Positions 21,345-29,573 of a stretch of DNA of 64,000 nucleotides are shown one piece after another (within the stretch, counting starts at the first letter, position 1; each line of letters begins with the position of its first letter). The notes beneath the pieces are model-generated. The model was not told the origin of the DNA, searched no databases, and saw only the letters and a list, made by a program, of their open reading frames with translations. The DNA is from an uncultured delta proteobacterium (lineage in GTDB: Bacteria > Desulfobacterota > Binatia > DP-6): positions 128,001-192,000 of the forward strand of contig CAWFFN010000012.1 of NCBI GenBank assembly GCA_963815115.1. The letters run 5' to 3'. The position numbers were made by a program, and so were the translations under genes.

Positions 21345-23990
21345 GTGTCGCGCCTGAGCCGCATCCTCCGCGCGGCCATCGACGCCGGCGCCGTCGCGGC
21401 CGCGGTCGTGTTCACGGCGTCGTACTTTCCGACCAGCGTGATGTTCTCCAACACCATCACGAACGGCGGCGACATGGGGTCGCACTACTACCCCGCGCTC
21501 TTCATGCGCGACGTGCTGCTGCCGAAGGGTCAGGTCGAGGGCTGGTGTCCCGGCAACTACTGCGGCTATCCGGTCTTCCAGTTCTACTTCCCCTTCCCGT
21601 TTCTCGTCATCGCCCTGCTGTCGCACGTCATCCCGTTCGCCGTCGCCTTCAAGCTCGGCACGGTGCTGGGAACGTTCCTGCTCCCGGTGTGTGCCTACTT
21701 CGGGCTGCGCTTGTTGCGCGTGCCGTTCCCCGGTCCCGCCATCGGCTCCCTGGCCACGCTGTGCTTCACCTTCATGGAGGCGAACAGCATGTGGGGCGGG
21801 AACATCCCGTCCACGCTCGCCGGCGAGTTCTCCCTCTCGCTCGGGCTCTCGCTCACCGTGCTCTTCTTCGGCGCCCTGCACTACAGCGCCGAGACCAGAC
21901 GCGGCGTCGCGTGGACCGGGCTCCTGGAAGGGCTGGTGGGCCTGTCGCACGGCTACACGCTGCTCTGGGCCGGCTTCGGGTCGCTCGTCGAGCTGGTCGC
22001 GACGCATCACTGGTGGAAGCGCTTCGCCGTCCTCGTCGGGGTCCACACGCTCGCCATTCTCCTGCTCGCGTTCTGGCTGCTCCCGATGATCGCGTACGCG
22101 CCGTGGACGACCGCGTACAATCACAGCTGGCCGCTCACGTCGTGGCGCGAGGTGTTCCCGCCCATCCTGTGGCCCGCGGGCGGGGTCGCGGCCGGCACGC
22201 TCCTGATCGAGCTCGTTCTCGCCCTCGTGCAGCGGAAGCCGTTTCCGCGCGGGCTCGGCACGCTGTGGGGCGTGATGGGGGTGGCGGCGCTCTTCTACAT
22301 GGTCGCGCACTCCTTCAACGTCGTGGACATCCGCTTCGTGCCCTTCGTCCAGCTCGGCCTGTGCCTGGCGGCCGGGGCCGGGCTCGGGCACGTGCTCGGC
22401 CGGCTGCCCGGACCCGAGGTCTGGCCCGTGGTGGTGGCGTGCGGACTGCTTCCCTTCGTCCAGCGTCACGTCACGTTCATCCCGAGCTGGATCAAGTGGA
22501 ACTACTCGGGCTTCGAGCAGAAGGTGCCGTGGCCGACGCTGCGCGGGATCGCCGCCAAGCTGCACGGCGACTTCAGGGATCCCCGGGTGGTCTACGAGCA
22601 TGCCCCCGCGAACGAGGCTCTGGGCACGGTGCGCGCGTTCGAGGATCTGCCGCTGTTCTCCGGCCGCTCCACGCTCGAGGGCCTCTACATGCAGGGCTCT
22701 CCGACGTCGCCGTTCGTGTTCTACATCCAGTCGGAGATCTCGGAGGCGCAGTCCTGTCCGTTCCCCGACTGGCACTGCACCCGCTTCGACCTGGACCGCG
22801 GCCTCGACCATCTCCGCATGCTCAACGTCTCCCACTTCATCGTCCGCAGCGACGCGGTGAAGAAGGCGGCAGCGAAGCACCCCGGCTTGCAGCACGAGGC
22901 CGACGTCGGCCCGTACGTCATCTACCGCATCCTCGGCAACGACGGCCGCTACGCCGTGCCGCTCACGGAGGCGCCGCAGCTGATCCTGGGCAAGGACTGG
23001 AAGGACGTCTCGTATCGCTGGTTTCGCAGCGCCCGCCCGGACTCGGTGATCCCGGTCTTCGCGGAGAGCGTGACGCCGGAGGAGCAGGCGCTGTTCGGCG
23101 GGACGTCGACCGACCTCCCGGCCGACATGCCGCACCGCTCGCTCGGGCCTCCTGCCGAGCTCACGGAGCACATGGCGGCGCAGGACCGCATCACCATCGA
23201 CGGGACGCGTCCCGGTCAACCGGTCCTGATCCGCATCTCCTACCACCCGCGCTGGAGGGCGCTCACGGGCGAGAAGATCTGGCTCGCGGGTCCGAGCTTC
23301 ATGCTGGTCTTCCCGCGCGGCGACCGCGTCGAGCTGGAGTTCGGCAGCGGGCCGCCGGTCGTCCTGGGGCACGTCCTGACCGCGGTCGGACTGCTCGTCT
23401 TCCTGCTCGCCGTGCTCCCCAGCCGCCGGAGGCTCGGCGCGCTGCTGGCGGAGACGGGGGGGCGCGTCGGCTCCCTCGCGCCGGCGCGCTGGGTCGTCGA
23501 GCCGATCAAGCGCACCGCGGCCTGGGGACCGGGGAGGCGTCGCGCAGCCCTGGCGCTCGCCATCGCGGTCAGCGTGGCGGTGGTCGGATTCGCGACCGTC
23601 GTCAAGCGCAAGGTGCCCGCCGATCAGGTCTATCTGAAGGGCCAGGCGCTGTTCAACGCCGGGAAGATGGCGGAAGCGCGGCCGTACTTCCAGGAAGCCC
23701 AGCGCATGGCGCCGCTCTCGACGACGGCGATCCATTCGGCATACTTCGAAGGCATCACCTACATCCGCGAGAACAAGTGGAAGGAAGCGGAGGACGTCTT
23801 CACGCGGCTGGTCGCTCGCTTCCCGGACGGCCTGAACGCGCCCGAGGCGCAGTACCACGTCGGGCTCTGCCGGCAGCAGCGCGGCGATCGCGCGGGCGCG
23901 ATCGCGGCCTGGGAGGAGACGCGCACGCGCTTCCCGGACAGCCCGTGGGCGGGGCACGCGAGCGAGCGGCTCGCCGAAATCCGCCGATGA
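21345..23990 (+). CDS. GT-C-type polytopic membrane glycosyltransferase (PTPS-related membrane domain) with C-terminal TPRs
   Basis: GGDMGSH acidic loop, GWCPGNYCGYPVFQFYFP, many TMs, periplasmic domain, C-terminal TPR/BamD-like repeats (RFPDGLNAPEAQY, RFPDSPWA); GTG at 21345. Confidence 0.78.
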   Translation: MSRLSRILRAAIDAGAVAAAVVFTASYFPTSVMFSNTITNGGDMGSHYYPALFMRDVLLPKGQVEGWCPGNYCGYPVFQFYFPFPFLVIALLSHVIPFAVAFKLGTVLGTFLLPVCAYFGLRLLRVPFPGPAIGSLATLCFTFMEANSMWGGNIPSTLAGEFSLSLGLSLTVLFFGALHYSAETRRGVAWTGLLEGLVGLSHGYTLLWAGFGSLVELVATHHWWKRFAVLVGVHTLAILLLAFWLLPMIAYAPWTTAYNHSWPLTSWREVFPPILWPAGGVAAGTLLIELVLALVQRKPFPRGLGTLWGVMGVAALFYMVAHSFNVVDIRFVPFVQLGLCLAAGAGLGHVLGRLPGPEVWPVVVACGLLPFVQRHVTFIPSWIKWNYSGFEQKVPWPTLRGIAAKLHGDFRDPRVVYEHAPANEALGTVRAFEDLPLFSGRSTLEGLYMQGSPTSPFVFYIQSEISEAQSCPFPDWHCTRFDLDRGLDHLRMLNVSHFIVRSDAVKKAAAKHPGLQHEADVGPYVIYRILGNDGRYAVPLTEAPQLILGKDWKDVSYRWFRSARPDSVIPVFAESVTPEEQALFGGTSTDLPADMPHRSLGPPAELTEHMAAQDRITIDGTRPGQPVLIRISYHPRWRALTGEKIWLAGPSFMLVFPRGDRVELEFGSGPPVVLGHVLTAVGLLVFLLAVLPSRRRLGALLAETGGRVGSLAPARWVVEPIKRTAAWGPGRRRAALALAIAVSVAVVGFATVVKRKVPADQVYLKGQALFNAGKMAEARPYFQEAQRMAPLSTTAIHSAYFEGITYIRENKWKEAEDVFTRLVARFPDGLNAPEAQYHVGLCRQQRGDRAGAIAAWEETRTRFPDSPWAGHASERLAEIRR

Positions 23991-24865
23991 AGGTCGTGTT
24001 TCATGCCGACGATTTCGGCCTGACCGCGGCCATCAACGACGGCATCCTCGAAGCCTACGAGCGCGGCGTCCTGCGCAGCACCTCGCTCATCGTGACGGCC
24101 GAGGCGGCGGCGCACGGCGTCGCGGCTGCCAGGACGGCTCCCGGGCTGGACGTCGGAGTCCATCTCACCCTGGTCGAGGAGCGTCCCGTGCTTCCGCCCG
24201 AGCGCGTCCCGACTCTCGTCGCCGGCGACCGGTTCCTGCCGACCCACGCCGCGGTCGGCGCGCGCTTCCTGACGGGACGCTGGCGGCCCGCGGAGGCACG
24301 CGCCGAGCTCGCCGCGCAGCTCGAGCGATTCGCCGCATCGGGCCTCGTGCCGTCTCATCTCGACGGGCACCAGCACCTCCACCTCCTGCCGGGCGTGCTG
24401 CCCTTCGTCGTCACCGAGGCGCGACGGCGCGGCATCCGCTTCGTGCGCACGGCGCTCGGGGACGCCGCCTCCCGACCCGCGCAGGCGGTGCGTGCCCTGA
24501 CCCTGCACGCCACCAACGCCGTGTCGCGGCTCGCGTCGCGCGGCGTGGCTCCGGCGGAGCGCCGCGGCCTGATCCCGTTCCGGACCATCGGGTTCCTGCA
24601 TGCCGGTGGCGGCATGACGCTCGCGGATCTCCTCGCAGCGCTCGACCGAGTCGGGCGGCGATCGCCGGCCGAGGTCGTCGAGGTGATGCTCCATCCCGGC
24701 CGGCGCGACGCCGAGACCGAGCGGCGCTACCGGCACTGGGGATATCGCTGGGAGAACGATCTCGCCCTCCTGCTGGACGCGAGGCTGCCGGATGCCCTCG
24801 CGCGGCGCGGAATCGAATGGACGTCCTTCCGCGCCCTCGCGACCGCCAGCGAGCTTCGCTCGTGA
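23987..24865 (+). CDS. ChbG/HpnK/YdjC family carbohydrate deacetylase
   Basis: HADDFGL, VGVHLTL, SHLDGHQHLH, EVMLHPG; ATGA overlap with upstream gene. Confidence 0.92.
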   Translation: MKVVFHADDFGLTAAINDGILEAYERGVLRSTSLIVTAEAAAHGVAAARTAPGLDVGVHLTLVEERPVLPPERVPTLVAGDRFLPTHAAVGARFLTGRWRPAEARAELAAQLERFAASGLVPSHLDGHQHLHLLPGVLPFVVTEARRRGIRFVRTALGDAASRPAQAVRALTLHATNAVSRLASRGVAPAERRGLIPFRTIGFLHAGGGMTLADLLAALDRVGRRSPAEVVEVMLHPGRRDAETERRYRHWGYRWENDLALLLDARLPDALARRGIEWTSFRALATASELRS

Positions 24866-24886
24866 GCCTGCCGCATCGGTGCCGTG

Positions 24887-25978
24887 ATGGCTGAGCGCTC
24901 GTGGAGCACCCGGAGCTACGTCCCCGCCGATGTGGACGGCATCCTCGCGTTGCGCCGGGCGGTCTTTGGCGACCTCGACCGCGTGCGGCTGAAGCCCGAC
25001 ATCTGGCGCTGGCAGTTCGTCGACAACCCTGCCGGCGCCGGCTACGTCCGGCTCGCCGAGCGCGACGGGACGATCGTGGGTCAGTACGCGGCGATCCCCA
25101 CCCGCTTCCGGCTGAACGCCGGGGCAGGGGAGGAGCGGATCTTCGCGATGTCCTGCGACACCATGACCCATCCCGACTACCAGCGGCAGGGCATGTTCGT
25201 CACGCTGGCCCAGGAGCTCTACGCCGAGCTCGCGGATCAGCACGGGGTGTCCACCGTGTGGGGATTCCCCAACGCCGCCTCGCACCCCGGATTCGTCGGC
25301 CGTCTCGGCTGGTTCGACATCCACGTGTTCCCCACCCGCGTGAAACCCATCCGCAGCGCGCCCGTGTTCAAGCGCTACCTCCGCTGGGGCGTGCTCTCCG
25401 GGGCGCTGGGCGCGCTCGCCGACCGCGCCTACCAGCTCGCCACCCCTCGTGTCGCGCCGCCTCGGCGCTGCGAGATCCGCCCGCTGGCGTCGTTCGACGA
25501 GCGCTTCGACGCCCTCTGGCTGCGCCATCGAGCGCTGGCGCCGATCGTGCAGGTCCGCACCCGCGACCATCTCAACTGGCGCTACTGCGCGGTGCCGGAG
25601 TTCGGCTACCGTCCGTTCGCCGTCTTCGTCGGCGGCGCGCTCGAGGGCTACGTCGTGGTCCGCACCCTGACGCTCTTCGATCTTCCCTTCGCGGCCATGG
25701 TCGATCTCTTTCCCTGCCCGGTGGTCGACGCCGAGATCACGCGCGAGGTGCTGAGCTTCGCGCAGATCGAGGCGGAGCGCGCGGGCGCGGCGTTCCTGAC
25801 CGCGTTGCTGCCGCCCGCGCACGCCTCGCATCTCACTCGCTTCGGCTTCCTGAAGGTCCCCGGCTTCCTGAACCTCCGGCCCTGGTATCTCGGCGCGCGC
25901 TGCCCGGCGGCCGACCAATCCCTGCTGCGCGACATCGACCACTGGTACGTCACCTATGGCGACGCCGACATCGTCTGA
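24887..25978 (+). CDS. GNAT family acyltransferase (double GNAT-like)
   Basis: WRWQFVDNPAG, DTMTHPDYQRQGMF, GFPN, LNWRY. Confidence 0.8.
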   Translation: MAERSWSTRSYVPADVDGILALRRAVFGDLDRVRLKPDIWRWQFVDNPAGAGYVRLAERDGTIVGQYAAIPTRFRLNAGAGEERIFAMSCDTMTHPDYQRQGMFVTLAQELYAELADQHGVSTVWGFPNAASHPGFVGRLGWFDIHVFPTRVKPIRSAPVFKRYLRWGVLSGALGALADRAYQLATPRVAPPRRCEIRPLASFDERFDALWLRHRALAPIVQVRTRDHLNWRYCAVPEFGYRPFAVFVGGALEGYVVVRTLTLFDLPFAAMVDLFPCPVVDAEITREVLSFAQIEAERAGAAFLTALLPPAHASHLTRFGFLKVPGFLNLRPWYLGARCPAADQSLLRDIDHWYVTYGDADIV

Positions 25979-26672
25979 CGCCCGCACCCCCTTCACCGTC
26001 GGCATCCCGGTGTACAACGAGGAGGCGATCCTGGTCCCCAACACCGAGCGCCTGCTCGCCTACCTCGACCGCTTCGGACGCCAGTACGAGGTGCTCATCG
26101 GGTCCAACGGCTCGACCGACTCGACGACGGCGCTCGGCATCGACCTGACCCGGCGCTTCCCGCAGGTCGCGTTCTTCCACGTGCCGGAGCGTGGCGTGGG
26201 GCTGGCCTTCCGCGAGTTCATTCGCCAGGCACGCTATCCCCTGCTCGTCTCGGTCGACATGGATCTCTCCATCGACCTCGACTTCGTCAAGCGCGCCCTC
26301 ACCCTGCTCGAGGATCACGACATCGTCGTCGGCTCGAAGAAGCTCGGGAAGCAGAAGCGGTCGTTCGTGCGGCGCGTCGCGTCCGACACCTTCCTCCGCA
26401 TTGCCCGCGTGCTGCTCGGCATCGACTACGACGACTACTCGATCGCGGCCAAGGGCTACCGCGTCGAGACCGTGCGCCGCTTCGCGGATCGCATCAACGA
26501 GGGCTCGTCGTACGTCATCGAGATGTGCTTCCTCACCAAGCGGGCCGGCGGACGGATCGTCCAGATCCCGGTGGAATGCGAGGACTGGCGCAAGTCGAAG
26601 TTCAACCTGGTGCACGAGGCGTTGTACAAGTACACCCATCTCGTCGGGCTCTGGCTGCGCGGGGGGCGATGA
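25956..26672 (+). CDS. GT2 glycosyltransferase, polyprenol-phosphate sugar synthase-like
   Basis: IPVYNEE, NGSTDST, VDMDLS (DxD), VVGSK. Confidence 0.88.
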   Translation: MATPTSSDARTPFTVGIPVYNEEAILVPNTERLLAYLDRFGRQYEVLIGSNGSTDSTTALGIDLTRRFPQVAFFHVPERGVGLAFREFIRQARYPLLVSVDMDLSIDLDFVKRALTLLEDHDIVVGSKKLGKQKRSFVRRVASDTFLRIARVLLGIDYDDYSIAAKGYRVETVRRFADRINEGSSYVIEMCFLTKRAGGRIVQIPVECEDWRKSKFNLVHEALYKYTHLVGLWLRGGR

Positions 26673-27082
26673 GCGACGCGGCGCTCGAGGCCGAGGCTCG
26701 CATCTTCGGCCGCTACCTGGTCGGCCGCCCGCCGGAGCCGGCGCTCGTGGCGCGCTACGGCGCGGCTTGCCGGACGCTCTGGCCGTCACCGCCCGGGCCG
26801 CGCGACGCGGCCGTGCTGGCGTTCGTGCGGCGGCGTCCCTGGAGCATCGGGCCGCTCGACGCGGCTGCCGCGCTGCTCGACCCCGGCGGTCTCCTGCGCA
26901 GCAAGGTGCTGGTGATGAGCGCCCTGCTCGAGGCGACGCCGGCCCACGCGGACGACTTCCTGCCGCGCGCGGCGTCGACCCCGGCACTGCTCTGGCGGCT
27001 GGCGGCGTCGGGCGCCGTCGCGGTCGCCCAGGCGGCCGCCGGCGTATTGCTCTATCGGCTCGCCGCCCGCGCGCGCGCATGA
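26669..27082 (+). CDS. Hypothetical protein with C-terminal hydrophobic helix
   Basis: ATGA-coupled at both ends within operon; MSDAALEAEARIFGRYLVG... Confidence 0.7.
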   Translation: MSDAALEAEARIFGRYLVGRPPEPALVARYGAACRTLWPSPPGPRDAAVLAFVRRRPWSIGPLDAAAALLDPGGLLRSKVLVMSALLEATPAHADDFLPRAASTPALLWRLAASGAVAVAQAAAGVLLYRLAARARA

Positions 27083-28683
27083 CCGACGTGATCGTCGTCG
27101 GCTCGGGCCCGGGAGGGACCAACGCCGCGGCCCGCCTCGTCGAAGCGGGCCGCAGCGTGCTGATGCTCGACTTCGGGAACCGTGACGCGCGCTATGCCGA
27201 TCTCGTTCCCGACCGGCCGTTCCTCCAGATCCGCCACGAGGACCGGGAGCAGCATCGCTATCTCCTCGGCGAGACGTTCGAGGGCATCCCCTTCGGCGCC
27301 GTACGGGTCGGCGCGCAGCTGACGCCGCCGCGCAGCTATGCCCTGGCCGACGCGCCCGAGCGCATGCCGGTCGACGCGCCGGGCTTCGCGGTCTCGATGA
27401 GCCTGGCACGCGGCGGGCTCGGGGTGGCGTGGGGAGCCGGGGTGTTCCCGTTCTCCGACGACGAGCTGCGCGCGATGCATCTCGACCTGGCGACGATGCA
27501 GCCGCACTACGACGCCGTCGCGGCGCGCATCGGCGTGGCGGGCGCGCGGGACGACCTGCTGCGCTTCTACCCCCCCAGCCCGGACATGATGCCGGCGCTC
27601 GACGCCGACACCAACGGCACGATCGTGCTCGAGCGCTACCTGCGCCAGCGTGCCCGGCTCAACGCCGACGGGTTCTTCCTCGGCCGGCCGCGCATCGCGG
27701 TGTGCTCGGAGCCGTTCCGGGGGCGGCTGGCGTACCCCTACTACGACCTCGATTTCTGGTCCGACCCCGGGCGCAGCATCTACCGCCCGATGTGGACCCT
27801 GGACGAGCTCGAGCGGAAGCCCGGCTTCACCTATCGGCCGCGCTGCCTCGTTCGCGGCTTCGTGGAGGACGGGGCGGGTGTGCGCGTCGAGGCGACGCAC
27901 GCCGACACCGGCGCGCGCGAGCGCCACGAGGCGCGGGCCCTCGTGCTCGCGGCCGGGACCTTTGGCACCGCCCGTCTGGTCCTGCGCTCGCTCGAGCGCT
28001 ACGACACGCCGGTGCCGCTGGTCTCGAACCCCTACACGTACGTGCCGACGCTGAACCTCGGCATGATCGGGCGGCCGACGCGCGACCCGCGCTCGAGCCA
28101 GGGCCAGCTGACGGCAATCCTCGAGCGCCAGGAGCCGTGGCATCGCCTGGTGCAGGCGCAGGTCTTCTCCTATCGCTCGCTCCTGACCTTCAAGCTCATG
28201 AAGGAGCTGCCCCTCGCGGCGCGCCAGTCGCGCCGCATGCTCCAGGTTCTCATGCCGTGCTTCGCCATCCTCGGGATTCACCACGAGGACCGGCCGGGCG
28301 CCGCCAAGACGTGCACGCTCCGGCGGGGCCCGGGCGACGGTCCGGACACGCTCGCCATCCGCTACCAGCCCAGCGAGGAGGAGGAGCACATGCAGCGGGA
28401 GGACGAGAGAGCGCTGCTGCGCTGCTTCCGGCGGCTCGGCTGCCTGCCGCTCAAGCGCATCCGGCCGGGACACGGCTCCAGCATCCACTACGCCGGGACG
28501 TTCCCGATCACGGCCGAGGACCGCCCGCTCACCTGCGACCACGACAGCCGGCTGCGCGGCACCCGCGCCGTGTACCTGGCGGACGGCTCGGTCTTTCCCT
28601 GGCTGCCGCCGAAGGGCCTCACCTTCAACATCATGGCGAACGCCGATCGCGTCGGTGCCATCGTCGCGGAGCGGCTGCAATGA
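27079..28683 (+). CDS. FAD-dependent GMC-family oxidoreductase
   Basis: VIVVGSGPGG FAD motif, LVLAAG, HYAGT, YLADGSVFP...TFNIMANA. Confidence 0.85.
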   Translation: MTDVIVVGSGPGGTNAAARLVEAGRSVLMLDFGNRDARYADLVPDRPFLQIRHEDREQHRYLLGETFEGIPFGAVRVGAQLTPPRSYALADAPERMPVDAPGFAVSMSLARGGLGVAWGAGVFPFSDDELRAMHLDLATMQPHYDAVAARIGVAGARDDLLRFYPPSPDMMPALDADTNGTIVLERYLRQRARLNADGFFLGRPRIAVCSEPFRGRLAYPYYDLDFWSDPGRSIYRPMWTLDELERKPGFTYRPRCLVRGFVEDGAGVRVEATHADTGARERHEARALVLAAGTFGTARLVLRSLERYDTPVPLVSNPYTYVPTLNLGMIGRPTRDPRSSQGQLTAILERQEPWHRLVQAQVFSYRSLLTFKLMKELPLAARQSRRMLQVLMPCFAILGIHHEDRPGAAKTCTLRRGPGDGPDTLAIRYQPSEEEEHMQREDERALLRCFRRLGCLPLKRIRPGHGSSIHYAGTFPITAEDRPLTCDHDSRLRGTRAVYLADGSVFPWLPPKGLTFNIMANADRVGAIVAERLQ

Positions 28684-29558
28684 GTGCCGCCGCGAAGGTG
28701 GTCGCCGTGACCGGCGCCTCCGGATTCATCGGCGGCGCACTGTGCCGGATGCTGGCCGGCCGCGGCTGGGAGGTTCGCGCGCTGGTGCGCTCACCGGAGC
28801 GCTTCACGGGCGTCCCGGGCGTGCGTCCCGCGCGCTGCGACCTGCCGGACTCGATCGACGAGACGGCGCTCGCCGGTGCGGCGGCCGTCGTGCACTGCGC
28901 CTACGCCACGCGCGAGACCGACCTCGAGCGGGCGCGGCGGGTGAACGAGGACGGCACGCGCGTGCTCCTGGAGAGAGCGCGCCGCGCGGGCGCGCGCGTG
29001 GTGTTCGTCTCGACGATCGCCGCCGCCGCGGACGCGCCCAGCTACTACGCGCGCAGCAAGCACGCCCTCGAGGAGCTCTTCGACCCGGCGCGCGACGCGA
29101 TCGTGCGTCCCGGCCTGGTGATCGGCCCGGGCGGCCACGGGCTCTTCCAGCAGCTGCTCGACAACATGCGCCGGCTGCGCGTCGTTCCGCTGTTCGGCGG
29201 GGGCCGCCAGCCCCTGCAGACCGTGCACGTGGACGATCTGTGCGAGGCCATCATCCGCGTCCTGGAGCGCGACCTGAGCGGCGCCTACAACGTCGCGGAG
29301 CCGGATCCGCCGACGCTCGGTGCGTTCCTGCGCACGATGGCGGCGAGGCTCGGCATCCGCTGCGTGTTCGTGCCGCTGCCGTTCGCGCCCGTCCTCGCCG
29401 GCGTGCGGGCGCTGGAGGGGATGCGCGTGCCGTTTCCTCTCAGGTCGGAGAGCCTCCTCGGGTTGCAAGGGCTGCGGCGCGTCGCCGTCGACGACGATCT
29501 CCGCCGCCTCGGACTCCGGGTGCGTCCCGCGGCGGAGAGCCTCGCTTCGGTGGATTGA
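28680..29558 (+). CDS. NAD-dependent epimerase/dehydratase (extended SDR)
   Basis: VTGASGFIG, VHCA, YARSK (YxxxK), RPGLV. Confidence 0.9.
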   Translation: MSAAAKVVAVTGASGFIGGALCRMLAGRGWEVRALVRSPERFTGVPGVRPARCDLPDSIDETALAGAAAVVHCAYATRETDLERARRVNEDGTRVLLERARRAGARVVFVSTIAAAADAPSYYARSKHALEELFDPARDAIVRPGLVIGPGGHGLFQQLLDNMRRLRVVPLFGGGRQPLQTVHVDDLCEAIIRVLERDLSGAYNVAEPDPPTLGAFLRTMAARLGIRCVFVPLPFAPVLAGVRALEGMRVPFPLRSESLLGLQGLRRVAVDDDLRRLGLRVRPAAESLASVD

Positions 29559-29573
29559 AGGGCGGAGCTGGGC